DNA from: Vulcanimicrobiota bacterium
GTDB taxonomy: Bacteria; Vulcanimicrobiota; Vulcanimicrobiia; Vulcanimicrobiales; Vulcanimicrobiaceae
Reading direction: 5' to 3'
Length of the DNA: 64,000 nucleotides
Assembly: GCA_963812155.1 (NCBI GenBank)
Contig: CAWETW010000003.1
Location: forward strand, 64,001 to 128,000
Made by a program: the position numbers and the translations under genes. Within the stretch, counting starts at the first letter, position 1. Every line of letters starts with the position of its first letter. Shown piece after piece: positions 46,194 to 55,689 of the stretch. Below the pieces are notes generated by a model, which ran no database searches, was not told where the DNA came from, and saw only the letters and a list, made by a program, of their open reading frames with translations.

Positions 46194-47169
46194 ATGCGAT
46201 ATCGAAACTTGGGACACTCCGGCCTGCGCCTCTCGGTCGTCGGACTGGGCTCGTGGCTGACCTTCGGAAGCACGGTCGATCGCGACGCGGCGCGCGCCTG
46301 CGTCCTGCGCGCCTGGGAGCGCGGCGTCAACTTTTTCGATACCGCGAACGTGTACGCGCACGGCGGTGCCGAGGAAGTGCTCGGGACCGATTCTCAAGGA
46401 ACTCGATCGCGACGCGCTCGTGGTCGCGACGAAGGTATATTTTCCGACCGGGGAAGCCGTAACGCGCCGCGGTCTTTCGCGCAAGCACATTCGGGACCAG
46501 GTCGAACGCTCGCTCGCGCGCCTGCAACTCGACTACATCGATCTCTACCAATGCCACCGTTACGATACGACGACGCCGCTCGAGGAAACGTGCTCCGCGA
46601 TGAACGATCTCGTACGGGGCGGCACGATTCTCTACTGGGGCGTTTCGGAATGGAACGCCGACCAAATCGCCTCGGCCGCAACCCTGTGCGCGGCACGCGG
46701 CTGGACGGCACCGATCTCGAATCAGCCGCAGTACAGCGCGTTATGGCGCCGCATCGAGGATCGCGTGCTGCCGGTGTGCCGGCACTACGGACTCGGCAAC
46801 GTGGTGTGGTCTCCGCTGGCGATGGGCATTCTTTCGGGCAAATACGCCGATGCCGGCAATCCGCCGGCCGGAACGCGCGCGGCCGGCGCTCAGAAAGAGA
46901 TGATGGAGGATTATTTCACGCAGCCGGTGCTGGATGCGGTGCAGCGTTTGCTCCCGCTCGCGCGCGAAGCCGGATGCTCGCTCGCGCAACTCGCGCTTGC
47001 ATGGTGCTTGCGCGAACGCGCCGTCACCAGCGCGATCGTCGGCGCCACCAAAGTCGAACATCTCGATGAGAACCTCGGCGCGGCCGACCTCGAGGTCGAC
47101 CCAAAAATCTTCGACGAGATGAACCGCATTCTCGCGCCGGTGCTCCCGCACGAACCATACCTCGCGTAG
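46194..47169 (+). CDS. Aldo/keto reductase (one apparent frameshift near 46385)
   Basis: MRYRNLGHSGL...GSWLTFG, FFDTANVY in one frame; ATKVY, DYIDLYQCHR, WSPLA in the next. Confidence 0.9.
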
Positions 47170-47179
47170 CGAAGCGTGC

Positions 47180-49426
47180 TTACGTGCCTTCGTCGGCGCC
47201 CAGGTGAAAGACGTATTTGATGATGGTGCGGTTGAGCGTGGTGTTTGCCGCCGGCGAGCCGTAGTTGACGTAGAGTTCGTTGCCGCCGCGAAAGCGCTCG
47301 TGAAAACCGACGGCGATATTGGTGCCGGGTTGCGTCGAGAAGCCGCCCAGACCGTTGATGTTGCGGAACGAGAAAGTCAGCGTGCTTTCGGGACCGAGGT
47401 TGTAGCCGATCGTCGCGCGGCGCAGCCACTGTGAATCGAGCCCGCCGGGCCCCGCGAGCGGGCGTTCGTACGTGCCGCTGTACTCGAGGCCGAGGGTCAT
47501 GCGCCGGCCGATCGGACGCGCGGCTGAAATGTCGAACAAGTGCGTTTGGTTGCCGCCGAACGGACCCCACGAGTACGACACGTCGATGGGGTGCGGCGTT
47601 CCGTCGCCGTAGCCGATCGGAATCGTGCTGAGGTTGAACTGCTGCGTGGTTCCGTCGAGGTAGCACGGGTAGCCGCTGTACGACGAGACCGCGACGATCG
47701 GCCCGCTGCAGTCGGGGCCTTGCGGAATGCCGTACGATCGCAGTTGCCCGATCGCCGCGCCGGCGCCGTTAATCGAGAGGCCGTTTTTGAAGGTTGCGTT
47801 CAAAAAGATTTGCGTGTCGGCTTGATGCACCGCGCCGGATTCGTCGAGGAACCGATCGCCGCCGATGAAGAGTCCCCAGTTCTTGATGCCGGAAGCCGAC
47901 CCCGTGAAGTTCACAAACCCTTGCGGTCCGCGGATGTCGGAGTTGGCGGTGAAGCCGTCGATCGGGTCGTACCACGGTGACACGTCGAGATATCCGGCAT
48001 TGACTTCGTAGTTCGGTTTGTGTACGTCGACGAATGCATCGCCGAGATTCGCGTGACCCGGCAGAATCCAACTGCCGTTTTCGAACGCGTAGTCGGCGAA
48101 CCACACGAGCCCGCTCTTGAGGTTGCGGCCTTCCATTCCCGTTTCGATCGTCGCGTCGTTGCCGGCGATGCTGTGGTGGGCGAGGACGCCGTCGCTCCAA
48201 TAGAGGAACGTTCCGTCTTGCAGCGCGTGCTCGTAGCCGTAGGCTTGATCGTCGAACGTGTCGCCCGTCGTTTGATCGAAGCCGCGGAATGAAAGCACGC
48301 CGAGGCTCTGGTTGCCGAAGGTGCCTTCGATCTTGGCGCCGCGGTCGAACGGACCGATATCCGGCGAATAGAAGATGAAGTTCGGCGCGGTCGAGATTGC
48401 CGACACCGGTGAGCGCGGTCCGGAGTTTGCGTTGATGTAGTTCGCGCCTTGCGCGAAGAACGGGCGATACTCGATGAGTTGGCGGCGGAACTCTTGCGGC
48501 GCAATCGTCTCCTGGTCGACCTCGACGTTCGAGAAATCCGGCGCAATCGTCCCGACGAAACTCAGCGTCGGGGTAATCGGATAACTCAAATCCATTCCGA
48601 AGTTGCGCACTTGCATCGGCAGAAATTGGCCGTCGGCTTGCTGGAAGAGATTGCGATCCTGTCCGATGCTCGCCAGCCCGAAGATGTCGGCCCGTCCCTT
48701 GGGCCGGTGGCCGCCGCCGGCGACCGAGATCCCCGTTCCCGCCGCCCACCAGCGCGTATCCGCAAACGTCGGCCAGTTTCCGGACGGCGCATCTTGCATC
48801 AGCCCGTCGTAGGCCCAGACGCAATGCTCGCCTTTGCCGGCGAGCTGCCGCACGAATTGGATCCGCCAGGTTTGGTTCTTGCCGCCGCGCAGCTTCAGCA
48901 CGTCGAGCGGGATGATCAGCACGGCGCTCCAGCCGTCCGGACCGATCGTCGCCGCCGCATCCCAGCGTGGGCGGTAGCGAACGTTCTCGAGGGCCTGCTC
49001 GTAGCGGACGCCGCGCGGCGTCGTCTCGAAGTAGTACGCTTGCGAGCCGGCGCCGCTCGTATCGATACCCACCCCGACGAAATCGTCGAGGCCGAATCCT
49101 ACGTCGTTGGTCGTCTGCGTGGCCACGATGGTGTGCGGATTCTGGACGGCTTTGAAGGCCACGTATAAGAAGCGATCGTCGTAGAGGAAGTAAGCGTCCG
49201 TTCGGTCGGTCGCAGGGGAGCGCGTTGTGACGTTGACCCACGCGCCGGAATCCGGAACGCGGCCCGGCTGCCAGCCCGCATCGGCCAGAGCCGGGTCGAG
49301 CGGAAGCGGATGGGCGGCCCGAATCACGGGAAACGAAAACTTCTGCGTTACTGCGGCGTATAGGGGAAGAGCGGGCAACGCGATCCCGCCCCAAAGAGCC
49401 AGGGCGAACCTGACGGCTTTGCGCAC
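47180..49426 (-). CDS. Exported CBM9/DUF5916-like probable outer-membrane protein
   Basis: YDDRFLYVAF, GWSAVLIIP, PDFSNVEVD, EYRPFF, beta-strand-rich C-terminal half; start uncertain. Confidence 0.7.
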   Translation of the reverse strand: MRKAVRFALALWGGIALPALPLYAAVTQKFSFPVIRAAHPLPLDPALADAGWQPGRVPDSGAWVNVTTRSPATDRTDAYFLYDDRFLYVAFKAVQNPHTIVATQTTNDVGFGLDDFVGVGIDTSGAGSQAYYFETTPRGVRYEQALENVRYRPRWDAAATIGPDGWSAVLIIPLDVLKLRGGKNQTWRIQFVRQLAGKGEHCVWAYDGLMQDAPSGNWPTFADTRWWAAGTGISVAGGGHRPKGRADIFGLASIGQDRNLFQQADGQFLPMQVRNFGMDLSYPITPTLSFVGTIAPDFSNVEVDQETIAPQEFRRQLIEYRPFFAQGANYINANSGPRSPVSAISTAPNFIFYSPDIGPFDRGAKIEGTFGNQSLGVLSFRGFDQTTGDTFDDQAYGYEHALQDGTFLYWSDGVLAHHSIAGNDATIETGMEGRNLKSGLVWFADYAFENGSWILPGHANLGDAFVDVHKPNYEVNAGYLDVSPWYDPIDGFTANSDIRGPQGFVNFTGSASGIKNWGLFIGGDRFLDESGAVHQADTQIFLNATFKNGLSINGAGAAIGQLRSYGIPQGPDCSGPIVAVSSYSGYPCYLDGTTQQFNLSTIPIGYGDGTPHPIDVSYSWGPFGGNQTHLFDISAARPIGRRMTLGLEYSGTYERPLAGPGGLDSQWLRRATIGYNLGPESTLTFSFRNINGLGGFSTQPGTNIAVGFHERFRGGNELYVNYGSPAANTTLNRTIIKYVFHLGADEGT

Positions 49427-49509
49427 GCGTACAGCGTCGCTCGGAGCCGTCGGGGGCGTCCTCAGAAAGCCATCAAAGATTCCGCAAGAGAATCTTCGGG
49501 GAGCGCGAC

Positions 49510-50931
49510 GTGAGCGTATACGAATTCGGACCCTTTCAACTGGATGCCGGACGCCTTTTATTGCTCGAGCGCGAAACGCCGGTCGCGCTCGGCCCGAAGG
49601 TCGTCGAGACCTTACTGGCGCTGATCGAGCACCCGGGCGACGTGCTGACGAAAACGGCACTCCTCGATCGCATCTGGCCCGAAGGCTACGTCGACGAAGC
49701 CAATCTCGCGCAAAACGTTTACGTGTTGCGCAAGACGCTGCGCTCGACGTGGAACGCCGAAGCGATCGAAACCATTCCGCGCCGAGGCTACCGCTTCACC
49801 GCCGAAGTTCGGCGGCGCGATGCGAGCGCGCTCGCAACGCCCTTAGAAGTGTCGACAGCGGCGCCGCGGCGGCGCCCGTGGGCGATTGCGGCAGCAGCGG
49901 CGTTTGCGTTGCTCCTCGTCGCCGGCGCCGGCTTGAAGATTCTTGCGGCTCGCGAGACGGCACCGCGTGCGCTCTCATTCGAAGGCGCGCGTCTCTACCA
50001 AATCGGCCGCTACTATTGGAACTTGCGGACCCCCGACGGCACCGCAAAGAGCCTGCAATATTTCACGCGCGTCGTCGACACCGACCCGGCCGATGCGCGC
50101 GGTTACGGTGCGCTGGCCGCCGCCAACGCCATCATGGGCGACTACAAATACGGGGCGTCGCAGCCGCGCGTCTATTTCGCGCGCGCTCGGGCGTACGCTG
50201 ACAAAGCGCTCGCGATCGATCCGAATTACGGAGAGGCCTACGCGGTGCTCGGCATGCTCGCGACCGAGAGTAACTCGATGTCGGACCAACAGATGGAGCG
50301 CGGACGCGCAGAGCTTCGCCGCGCGATCGCGCTCGATCCGTCGAGCGGCCCGGCGCACGAGTGGTACGGCGTCGCGCTCTTCGAACACGGCGAGTTTTCG
50401 CAGGCGTATGCAGAGCTGCGCCTGGCCGCCGATCTCGATCCCCTCTCCGTGGCAACCACGGCGTGGCTCGGCGATGCCGCGCGTCTGGAACGCCGCTACG
50501 ACGACGCCATCGCGTACGCGCGCGAAACGCTCGACCTTTCGCCGAAGCGCTTCGAAGTGTACGGAACGCTCGGATTGGCCTACGAGGCTCGCGGCGACGA
50601 CAATCGTGCCATCGAGGCATTCACGCGTCTGTCCGAGGCGGATCCGCACGCGCGACCCGAAGCATCCGCGTTGCTGGCAGAGGTCTTGGCAAAGTCGAAC
50701 CGCATGACGGAGGCGCGCGCGAAACTGGCGTACGCGCGCGCTCACGCACGCTACGTCGACCCCGGCGATCTCGCGATTGCGATGGCGGCCGTCGGGCAGC
50801 GCCATCTCGCGCTCTCGCTGTTGCGTCGCCAGCATGCCGAGCCGTATTTGAGGGCGGAAATCGCAAGCGACCCGCGCTTCAGCGTGCTGCGCAACGATCC
50901 GCAACTCGCCGAACTGCAAAAGCCCGCGTAA
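49510..50931 (+). CDS. Winged-helix (OmpR/CadC-type) transmembrane regulator with TPR domain
   Basis: YEFGPFQLD, NLAQNVYVLRKTL, IETIPRRGYRF; one TM; TPRs. Confidence 0.88.
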   Translation: MSVYEFGPFQLDAGRLLLLERETPVALGPKVVETLLALIEHPGDVLTKTALLDRIWPEGYVDEANLAQNVYVLRKTLRSTWNAEAIETIPRRGYRFTAEVRRRDASALATPLEVSTAAPRRRPWAIAAAAAFALLLVAGAGLKILAARETAPRALSFEGARLYQIGRYYWNLRTPDGTAKSLQYFTRVVDTDPADARGYGALAAANAIMGDYKYGASQPRVYFARARAYADKALAIDPNYGEAYAVLGMLATESNSMSDQQMERGRAELRRAIALDPSSGPAHEWYGVALFEHGEFSQAYAELRLAADLDPLSVATTAWLGDAARLERRYDDAIAYARETLDLSPKRFEVYGTLGLAYEARGDDNRAIEAFTRLSEADPHARPEASALLAEVLAKSNRMTEARAKLAYARAHARYVDPGDLAIAMAAVGQRHLALSLLRRQHAEPYLRAEIASDPRFSVLRNDPQLAELQKPA

Positions 50932-50947
50932 GGCCGGCGTCGCAGGC

Positions 50948-51376
50948 GTGGCCGATGTGTGGGAGTCGTTGGGCGCTCGCCCGCAACTCGCGCGAACGCT
51001 GGCGCGCCACGTCGCGGCGGTCGACGACGGCTCGGTTCCGCGTCGCACCAAGGAACTCGTCGCGCTCATGGTCGCCTGGCTGAATGCGTGCGAACGGTGT
51101 GCGCGCGCTCACGGCGAGATTGCCAGGGAACTCGGCGTATCCGGCGCCGCACTCGAGGCACTGGGCGATTTCGCGGAGAGTCCGCAGTTTACGCCGGCCG
51201 AACGCGCCGCGCTCTCTGCTGCCGTCGCGTTGACGCGCGAGCCGCGTGCCCTGCCTGCACCGGTGAGTGAAGAGCTCGAACGCTTTTACGACGCCGGCGA
51301 GATCGTCGAAATCGTCGCCGCGATCGGACTCCACAACTACCTGACGCGCGCCAGCAACGCCCTGCGCGGCCCCTAG
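50948..51376 (+). CDS. Carboxymuconolactone decarboxylase/AhpD family protein
   Basis: KELVALMVAWLNACERCARAH. Confidence 0.85.
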   Translation: MADVWESLGARPQLARTLARHVAAVDDGSVPRRTKELVALMVAWLNACERCARAHGEIARELGVSGAALEALGDFAESPQFTPAERAALSAAVALTREPRALPAPVSEELERFYDAGEIVEIVAAIGLHNYLTRASNALRGP

Positions 51377-52983
51377 TTCGTTCCGGTCATGCGGGCGACG
51401 ACGCGTTCGACCTTGACCAGGCGCGTCTTCGTCCAGCGATCGTGCAGCAGCACGCGCCGCCAAAAGAAACTCAGCACGATGATGAGCGGCCACAGGAGCA
51501 TCGCAAGCAAATAGCGCGCGGCCGATCGCCACACGCCCGGCCGGCGAAAATCGATGGTGACGACGCGCAGCCCGGCGATCATCATGCCGAAGGTCTGACC
51601 GGCCAACGTGACGAGCAGCGCCATGTAGACCGCAAACCAGAACGTCTTTCCCGTCGAGTTGTTGGGATCGACGAGCCTCGACGTGATTTTGAGCCCGCCG
51701 ATTTGAAAGACCGGTGCGTTACCGCTCGTGTCGATCGTGACCGGCCCAATGTCCACGTCCTCGCGTCCGGTTTTTGCTGCTGCCGACGCCGCCGTACTCG
51801 GACGGCTCGACGTGACCGATCGCGACTCGGCCGCGCCCGCGAGCGGATTGCGCCAACGGTAGCCCGGCGAGGGCTTCGTCTCCGGCGCCGCGGAGGGCGA
51901 AGGGGAGGATTCTTGGATTTGCACGGGGCTTGAAGCGTTCGTGCCGTTGCCGCTTCCGCCGGAAAACGAGTTGATGATGGCGAGCACCACCACGACGTCG
52001 ATCGCGCCAGCGGCGACACGCCGCCACCAGCCGGCGCAGTCGCGGGTGTCGACGGTACCCGAACCGGGTGCGGCCAGCGCCGGCGGTTCCTCGCCGCGCT
52101 CGCGCGCGAACCATTCCGTTCCGGCCGCATAGGCCGGCGTTGCGATGAACGCGCCCAGCGCGGCGATCCGCGTCGTGGCGTAGGGCTCGCTGCCGAGCCA
52201 GGTTCCCCAGCGCGAAACCGAGTCGGCTTGAATCTCGGCGTGCTGCTCGGCAAACGCCTGATAATCGACCTTGCGTCCGAACTCGTGAAATTCGGCGACG
52301 CCGATCGCGCGAATGGCCGCGTCGAGCGAACCGCAGCACAGCAGCCCGACTTTGTCGCACGTCATCGTGCAGCGCCGCAGCCATCCGCCGAAGATGAGCG
52401 ATATGAGCGGATTCTCCTTACCGTTGACGCTGAGCAGCGAGAGAAAACGCGTGTGCCCGGCCGCGATGTGCCCGAGTTCGCGGCCGATCATAAACGCCAG
52501 CTCGTCGTCGCGGAACACCTCGATCCAGTGGCTGCTGAGCACGAGCGCGTACGGCTCTCCGAATCCGAGCGCGGCAACCGGAACGTAGTTGTCCTCGCGC
52601 GCAAAAACCAGCGGCATCGGAATCTCGAGCGCCGCGCACGCACGTTTGACGATCGCAAAGACGCGCGGATATTGCGCGTCGTGCACGCGCACGCTCGAGC
52701 CGAGCAGCCGCCCTCGGGCCAGCGTCACGTACACCATCGCAATGACGATGAAGAGCGCGACCTGCGAGGCGCCGATCGACTCGTGCAGCACGTAACCGAT
52801 GAGCAGCGCAGCGGGCAGCGCGCAAATGGCGGTCAGCCAGAAGGCCACTCGTTCCGCTGGGTCCCGCAGCGAGAACGGGCCTTGGAAGAGCGATTGCTCC
52901 ATTTGGCTCTCGGGCTTGGCGGCCGCTGGCGCCGTCTCCGCCTCCAAGGCAATTTCAAACAAATGTGGCCGAGGGGTTGACAA
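51373..52983 (-). CDS. Peptidase M48-like domain fused to RDD domain
   Basis: ELAFMIGRELGHIAAGH; AGWWRRVAAGAID and GQTFGMMIAGLRVV...LHDRWTKT; true start may be 52902. Confidence 0.8.
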   Translation of the reverse strand: MSTPRPHLFEIALEAETAPAAAKPESQMEQSLFQGPFSLRDPAERVAFWLTAICALPAALLIGYVLHESIGASQVALFIVIAMVYVTLARGRLLGSSVRVHDAQYPRVFAIVKRACAALEIPMPLVFAREDNYVPVAALGFGEPYALVLSSHWIEVFRDDELAFMIGRELGHIAAGHTRFLSLLSVNGKENPLISLIFGGWLRRCTMTCDKVGLLCCGSLDAAIRAIGVAEFHEFGRKVDYQAFAEQHAEIQADSVSRWGTWLGSEPYATTRIAALGAFIATPAYAAGTEWFARERGEEPPALAAPGSGTVDTRDCAGWWRRVAAGAIDVVVVLAIINSFSGGSGNGTNASSPVQIQESSPSPSAAPETKPSPGYRWRNPLAGAAESRSVTSSRPSTAASAAAKTGREDVDIGPVTIDTSGNAPVFQIGGLKITSRLVDPNNSTGKTFWFAVYMALLVTLAGQTFGMMIAGLRVVTIDFRRPGVWRSAARYLLAMLLWPLIIVLSFFWRRVLLHDRWTKTRLVKVERVVARMTGTN

Positions 52984-53040
52984 GGGCGTCCGTCTTTCCT
53001 ATTATACTAGTGTACTAGTACAACAGTAGGTTGGTACTAG
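52977..53040 (+). promoter_or_regulatory. Sigma70 promoter with GntR/YtrA-type operator
   Basis: TTGACA(52977)-17-TATTAT(53000); perfect palindrome TGTACTAGTACA 53011-53022; TACTAG three times. Confidence 0.75.
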
Positions 53041-53060
53041 AGATGAAAGGACCAAACAAC

Positions 53061-53177
53061 ATGACGTATTTCGCAACCGATCCGGCCCAAAACGAAACCT
53101 CCCGCGAGCTTCGCACGACCGTGCGCCTGCCCGCCCAGGCCGGTCGCATCTTCCAAGGCTGGGGCCCGAAGTTCTAA
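53061..53177 (+). CDS. 38-aa small peptide leading the YtrA operon
   Basis: MTYFATDPAQNETSRELRTTVRLPAQAGRIFQGWGPKF with GAAAGGA RBS; below the ORF-track cutoff. Confidence 0.55.
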   Translation: MTYFATDPAQNETSRELRTTVRLPAQAGRIFQGWGPKF

Positions 53178-53195
53178 GAGGCTCGAGGCAAGGAA

Positions 53196-53594
53196 ATGCC
53201 GGCCGTACTGACGGTCGACTCGCGTAGCGGCGTTCCGATCTACCTTCAGATCGTCGAACAAGTCAAGCGCTCGGTCGCACTAGGAGTCCTGCGGGCGGGG
53301 GAACAGCTCCCCACCGTCAAGCAGCTCGCTCTCGACCTGACGATCAACCCGAATACCGTTGCGCGGGCCTATCGCGATCTCGAACGCGACAGCGTCATCG
53401 AGACCGCGCCGGGACGAGGGTCGTTCGTCCGGAGCGACGGAGCGGTCGACTCCGCACGAAGCGCCGCGGCCGACGTCGCGCGTGATGCCATCTCGGTCGC
53501 GCTGCGCGAAGCGAAATCCGTCGGGCTGTCGCGCGCCGAGGTTCGCAAACTCGTCGATGTGTCTATCGACCGGTGGTTTCCGGAGGAAGCATGA
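53196..53594 (+). CDS. GntR family regulator, YtrA subfamily
   Basis: PIYLQIVEQVK, LPTVKQLA, INPNTVARAYRDLE, GRGSFV. Confidence 0.93.
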   Translation: MPAVLTVDSRSGVPIYLQIVEQVKRSVALGVLRAGEQLPTVKQLALDLTINPNTVARAYRDLERDSVIETAPGRGSFVRSDGAVDSARSAAADVARDAISVALREAKSVGLSRAEVRKLVDVSIDRWFPEEA

Positions 53595-54502
53595 GTACGA
53601 TACAGATCTCTCATTTGAGTAAGAGTTACGGCAAGTTTCCGGCCGTCAGCGACCTCTCGCTCGAGGTGCCGTCCGGCAGCGTCTACGGCTTGCTCGGACC
53701 CAACGGCGCCGGTAAGACGACCGTTTTCAAATGCATTTTGGGCTTGTCGCGCGCCTCGGGCGGCGACGTGCTCTACGACGGCCGTCCACTCGCGCCCGAG
53801 ACGTTTGCGGAAATCGCGTACGTGCCCGAGCGCAGCGTGCTCTACGAATGGATGAGCGTGGCCGAACACGTGGAGATGAATCGACGCGCGTTCGCGGCAT
53901 TCGATCCGTCGCGCGCGTTGGATTTACTGGGTCAGTTCAACGTCGACCCGCGCAAACGGGTACGCACGCTCTCTAAAGGCATGCGCACCGCCGTGATGGT
54001 GGCGCTCGCGTTTGCGCGTAACGCGCGAATTTTGGTCCTCGACGAACCGACGAGCGGGCTCGATCCCGTCAACCAGCGCCACGTGCTGAGCCTGATCATC
54101 AACGAAGCCGCGCGCGGGAATTCGGTCGTCTTCTCGTCGCATCAAATCGGTCAGGTCGAGCGCGCCGCCGAGCGGATTGCGGTGATCGATCGCGGGCGTT
54201 TGGTGCTCGAAGGTTTGGTCGACGATCTCAAGGCCGATCGCAAGATCGTCGAAGGCATCGTCCCCGACGCAACGTCGTCGCTCGACGGCATTACCGGCGA
54301 TCCGCGCATCGCGCGCGTCGACCGCACCGAACGCATCGTGCGGCTGCTCGTGATGGCCGGTGCCGACGATATCGCCACGCGGCTCACGCACTTGGGCGCC
54401 AGCGGCGTGCGCGTGCTCGACTTGAACTTGGAAGACATTTTTCTCTACGCCGTTTCGCCGGCCGATGCAACGGCGGACGTCGTTTCTGGGAGTACCTCAT
54501 GA
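53591..54502 (+). CDS. ABC transporter ATP-binding protein (YtrB-like)
   Basis: GPNGAGKTT, LSKGM, LDEPTSGLD, SSH. Confidence 0.93.
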   Translation: MSTIQISHLSKSYGKFPAVSDLSLEVPSGSVYGLLGPNGAGKTTVFKCILGLSRASGGDVLYDGRPLAPETFAEIAYVPERSVLYEWMSVAEHVEMNRRAFAAFDPSRALDLLGQFNVDPRKRVRTLSKGMRTAVMVALAFARNARILVLDEPTSGLDPVNQRHVLSLIINEAARGNSVVFSSHQIGQVERAAERIAVIDRGRLVLEGLVDDLKADRKIVEGIVPDATSSLDGITGDPRIARVDRTERIVRLLVMAGADDIATRLTHLGASGVRVLDLNLEDIFLYAVSPADATADVVSGSTS

Positions 54503-55527
54503 CTTACGTGGAATGGCTGCGCGTTCGAGCAGCCCTCAAGTGGACGGCGATCGTTTTGGGTGGCCTTCTCGTGCTCGAGATCGTGCTGCGCCTCGTGCTG
54601 TCGGCGACCGGGCACGGCGATGCCCTCGCATTCGTGCACGGCATGCAGACCGACCCCGGTTCGCACGTCGTCACGACGACGCTTCCGGACGGAACCCAAC
54701 GCACCACCATCGAGAACGCAAAACACGACGTGAACGTCGTCATCGACGATAACGGGTATAGCGGTAAGCGAATCACGATTACGTCGGCGCACGGAGATTC
54801 CGACACGCCCAAGAGCGTTACGATGGGCAGCGTGGACGTTCGCTCGTCGCTGGACGGCCACAAGACGATTACGACGATCGAGACGGACCGGCCGGAGACG
54901 TTCTTTCTCCACGCTGCGATAGCGACCGCGATCACGCTGATCGTCGCGACGGTTCTCGCCGCACCGTTCGCGCGTGAAAACGACGGCCATTTGGAGATCG
55001 CGCTTACCAAGCCGATCGGCAGGGTCTCGCTGGCGTTGAAGCTCATCGGCGTGGATTTGCTCGGGTTGTTGGGGGTATGGGTGCTGTCGGCAATCTTCTT
55101 GATCGCCGCACACAGCATTTTCCAGCAGCCGCGATTCATCTTCGGTCCGAACGACGCGGCCGCGATACTGCTCGGTTGGCTGGGAGTTGCCGCGTGGTAC
55201 GCTTTCCTTTGCGCCGCAACCGCTTCGATGCGTCGCGGATTTGGACTCGTGCTCGGACTCGTACCGCTCGCGTCGTTCATCATCGTTCCGCTTGCAAAGG
55301 CGAAGCTCGGCGATTCTCAGGTCGCGCAGATGATCCACTGGATCGTCACGCCGCTGGCGGTGATCAATCCCTTTTATTACCTGCACTTCGGCGTGCCGGC
55401 CACGGTAGATGGCCGGCCCGTCGGCGCGGCCGCGGTGCTGCCGCAATACGAACTGCCCGCCCTAGCGATTCTCGCTGTGGTTTACCTAACGCTCGCCGTG
55501 CTGCAATGGCGCCGCGTGGAGGCCTGA
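54499..55527 (+). CDS. ABC-2 type permease
   Basis: 6 TM with extracytoplasmic domain, ENDGHLEIALTKPIGR. Confidence 0.8.
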   Translation: MTYVEWLRVRAALKWTAIVLGGLLVLEIVLRLVLSATGHGDALAFVHGMQTDPGSHVVTTTLPDGTQRTTIENAKHDVNVVIDDNGYSGKRITITSAHGDSDTPKSVTMGSVDVRSSLDGHKTITTIETDRPETFFLHAAIATAITLIVATVLAAPFARENDGHLEIALTKPIGRVSLALKLIGVDLLGLLGVWVLSAIFLIAAHSIFQQPRFIFGPNDAAAILLGWLGVAAWYAFLCAATASMRRGFGLVLGLVPLASFIIVPLAKAKLGDSQVAQMIHWIVTPLAVINPFYYLHFGVPATVDGRPVGAAAVLPQYELPALAILAVVYLTLAVLQWRRVEA

Positions 55528-55529
55528 AG

Positions 55530-55682
55530 ATGGAACTATTCGGAACGACCTTTACCCTGTCGCTGGGCGCGTGGCGCCTCCGTTTCCTGCTCGCACTCGA
55601 AGACTCCGACTCAACGCCTCCGCCGAAGGTGCCGCCGCCGCATCACGTGCGGATCGTTCCCGACAACGAATACGCCCGCTGA
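55530..55682 (+). CDS. 50-aa small protein
   Basis: ATG 2 nt after permease stop, GGAGG RBS; MELFGTTFTLSLGAWRLRFLLALED... Confidence 0.5.
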   Translation: MELFGTTFTLSLGAWRLRFLLALEDSDSTPPPKVPPPHHVRIVPDNEYAR

Positions 55683-55689
55683 CCGACGT

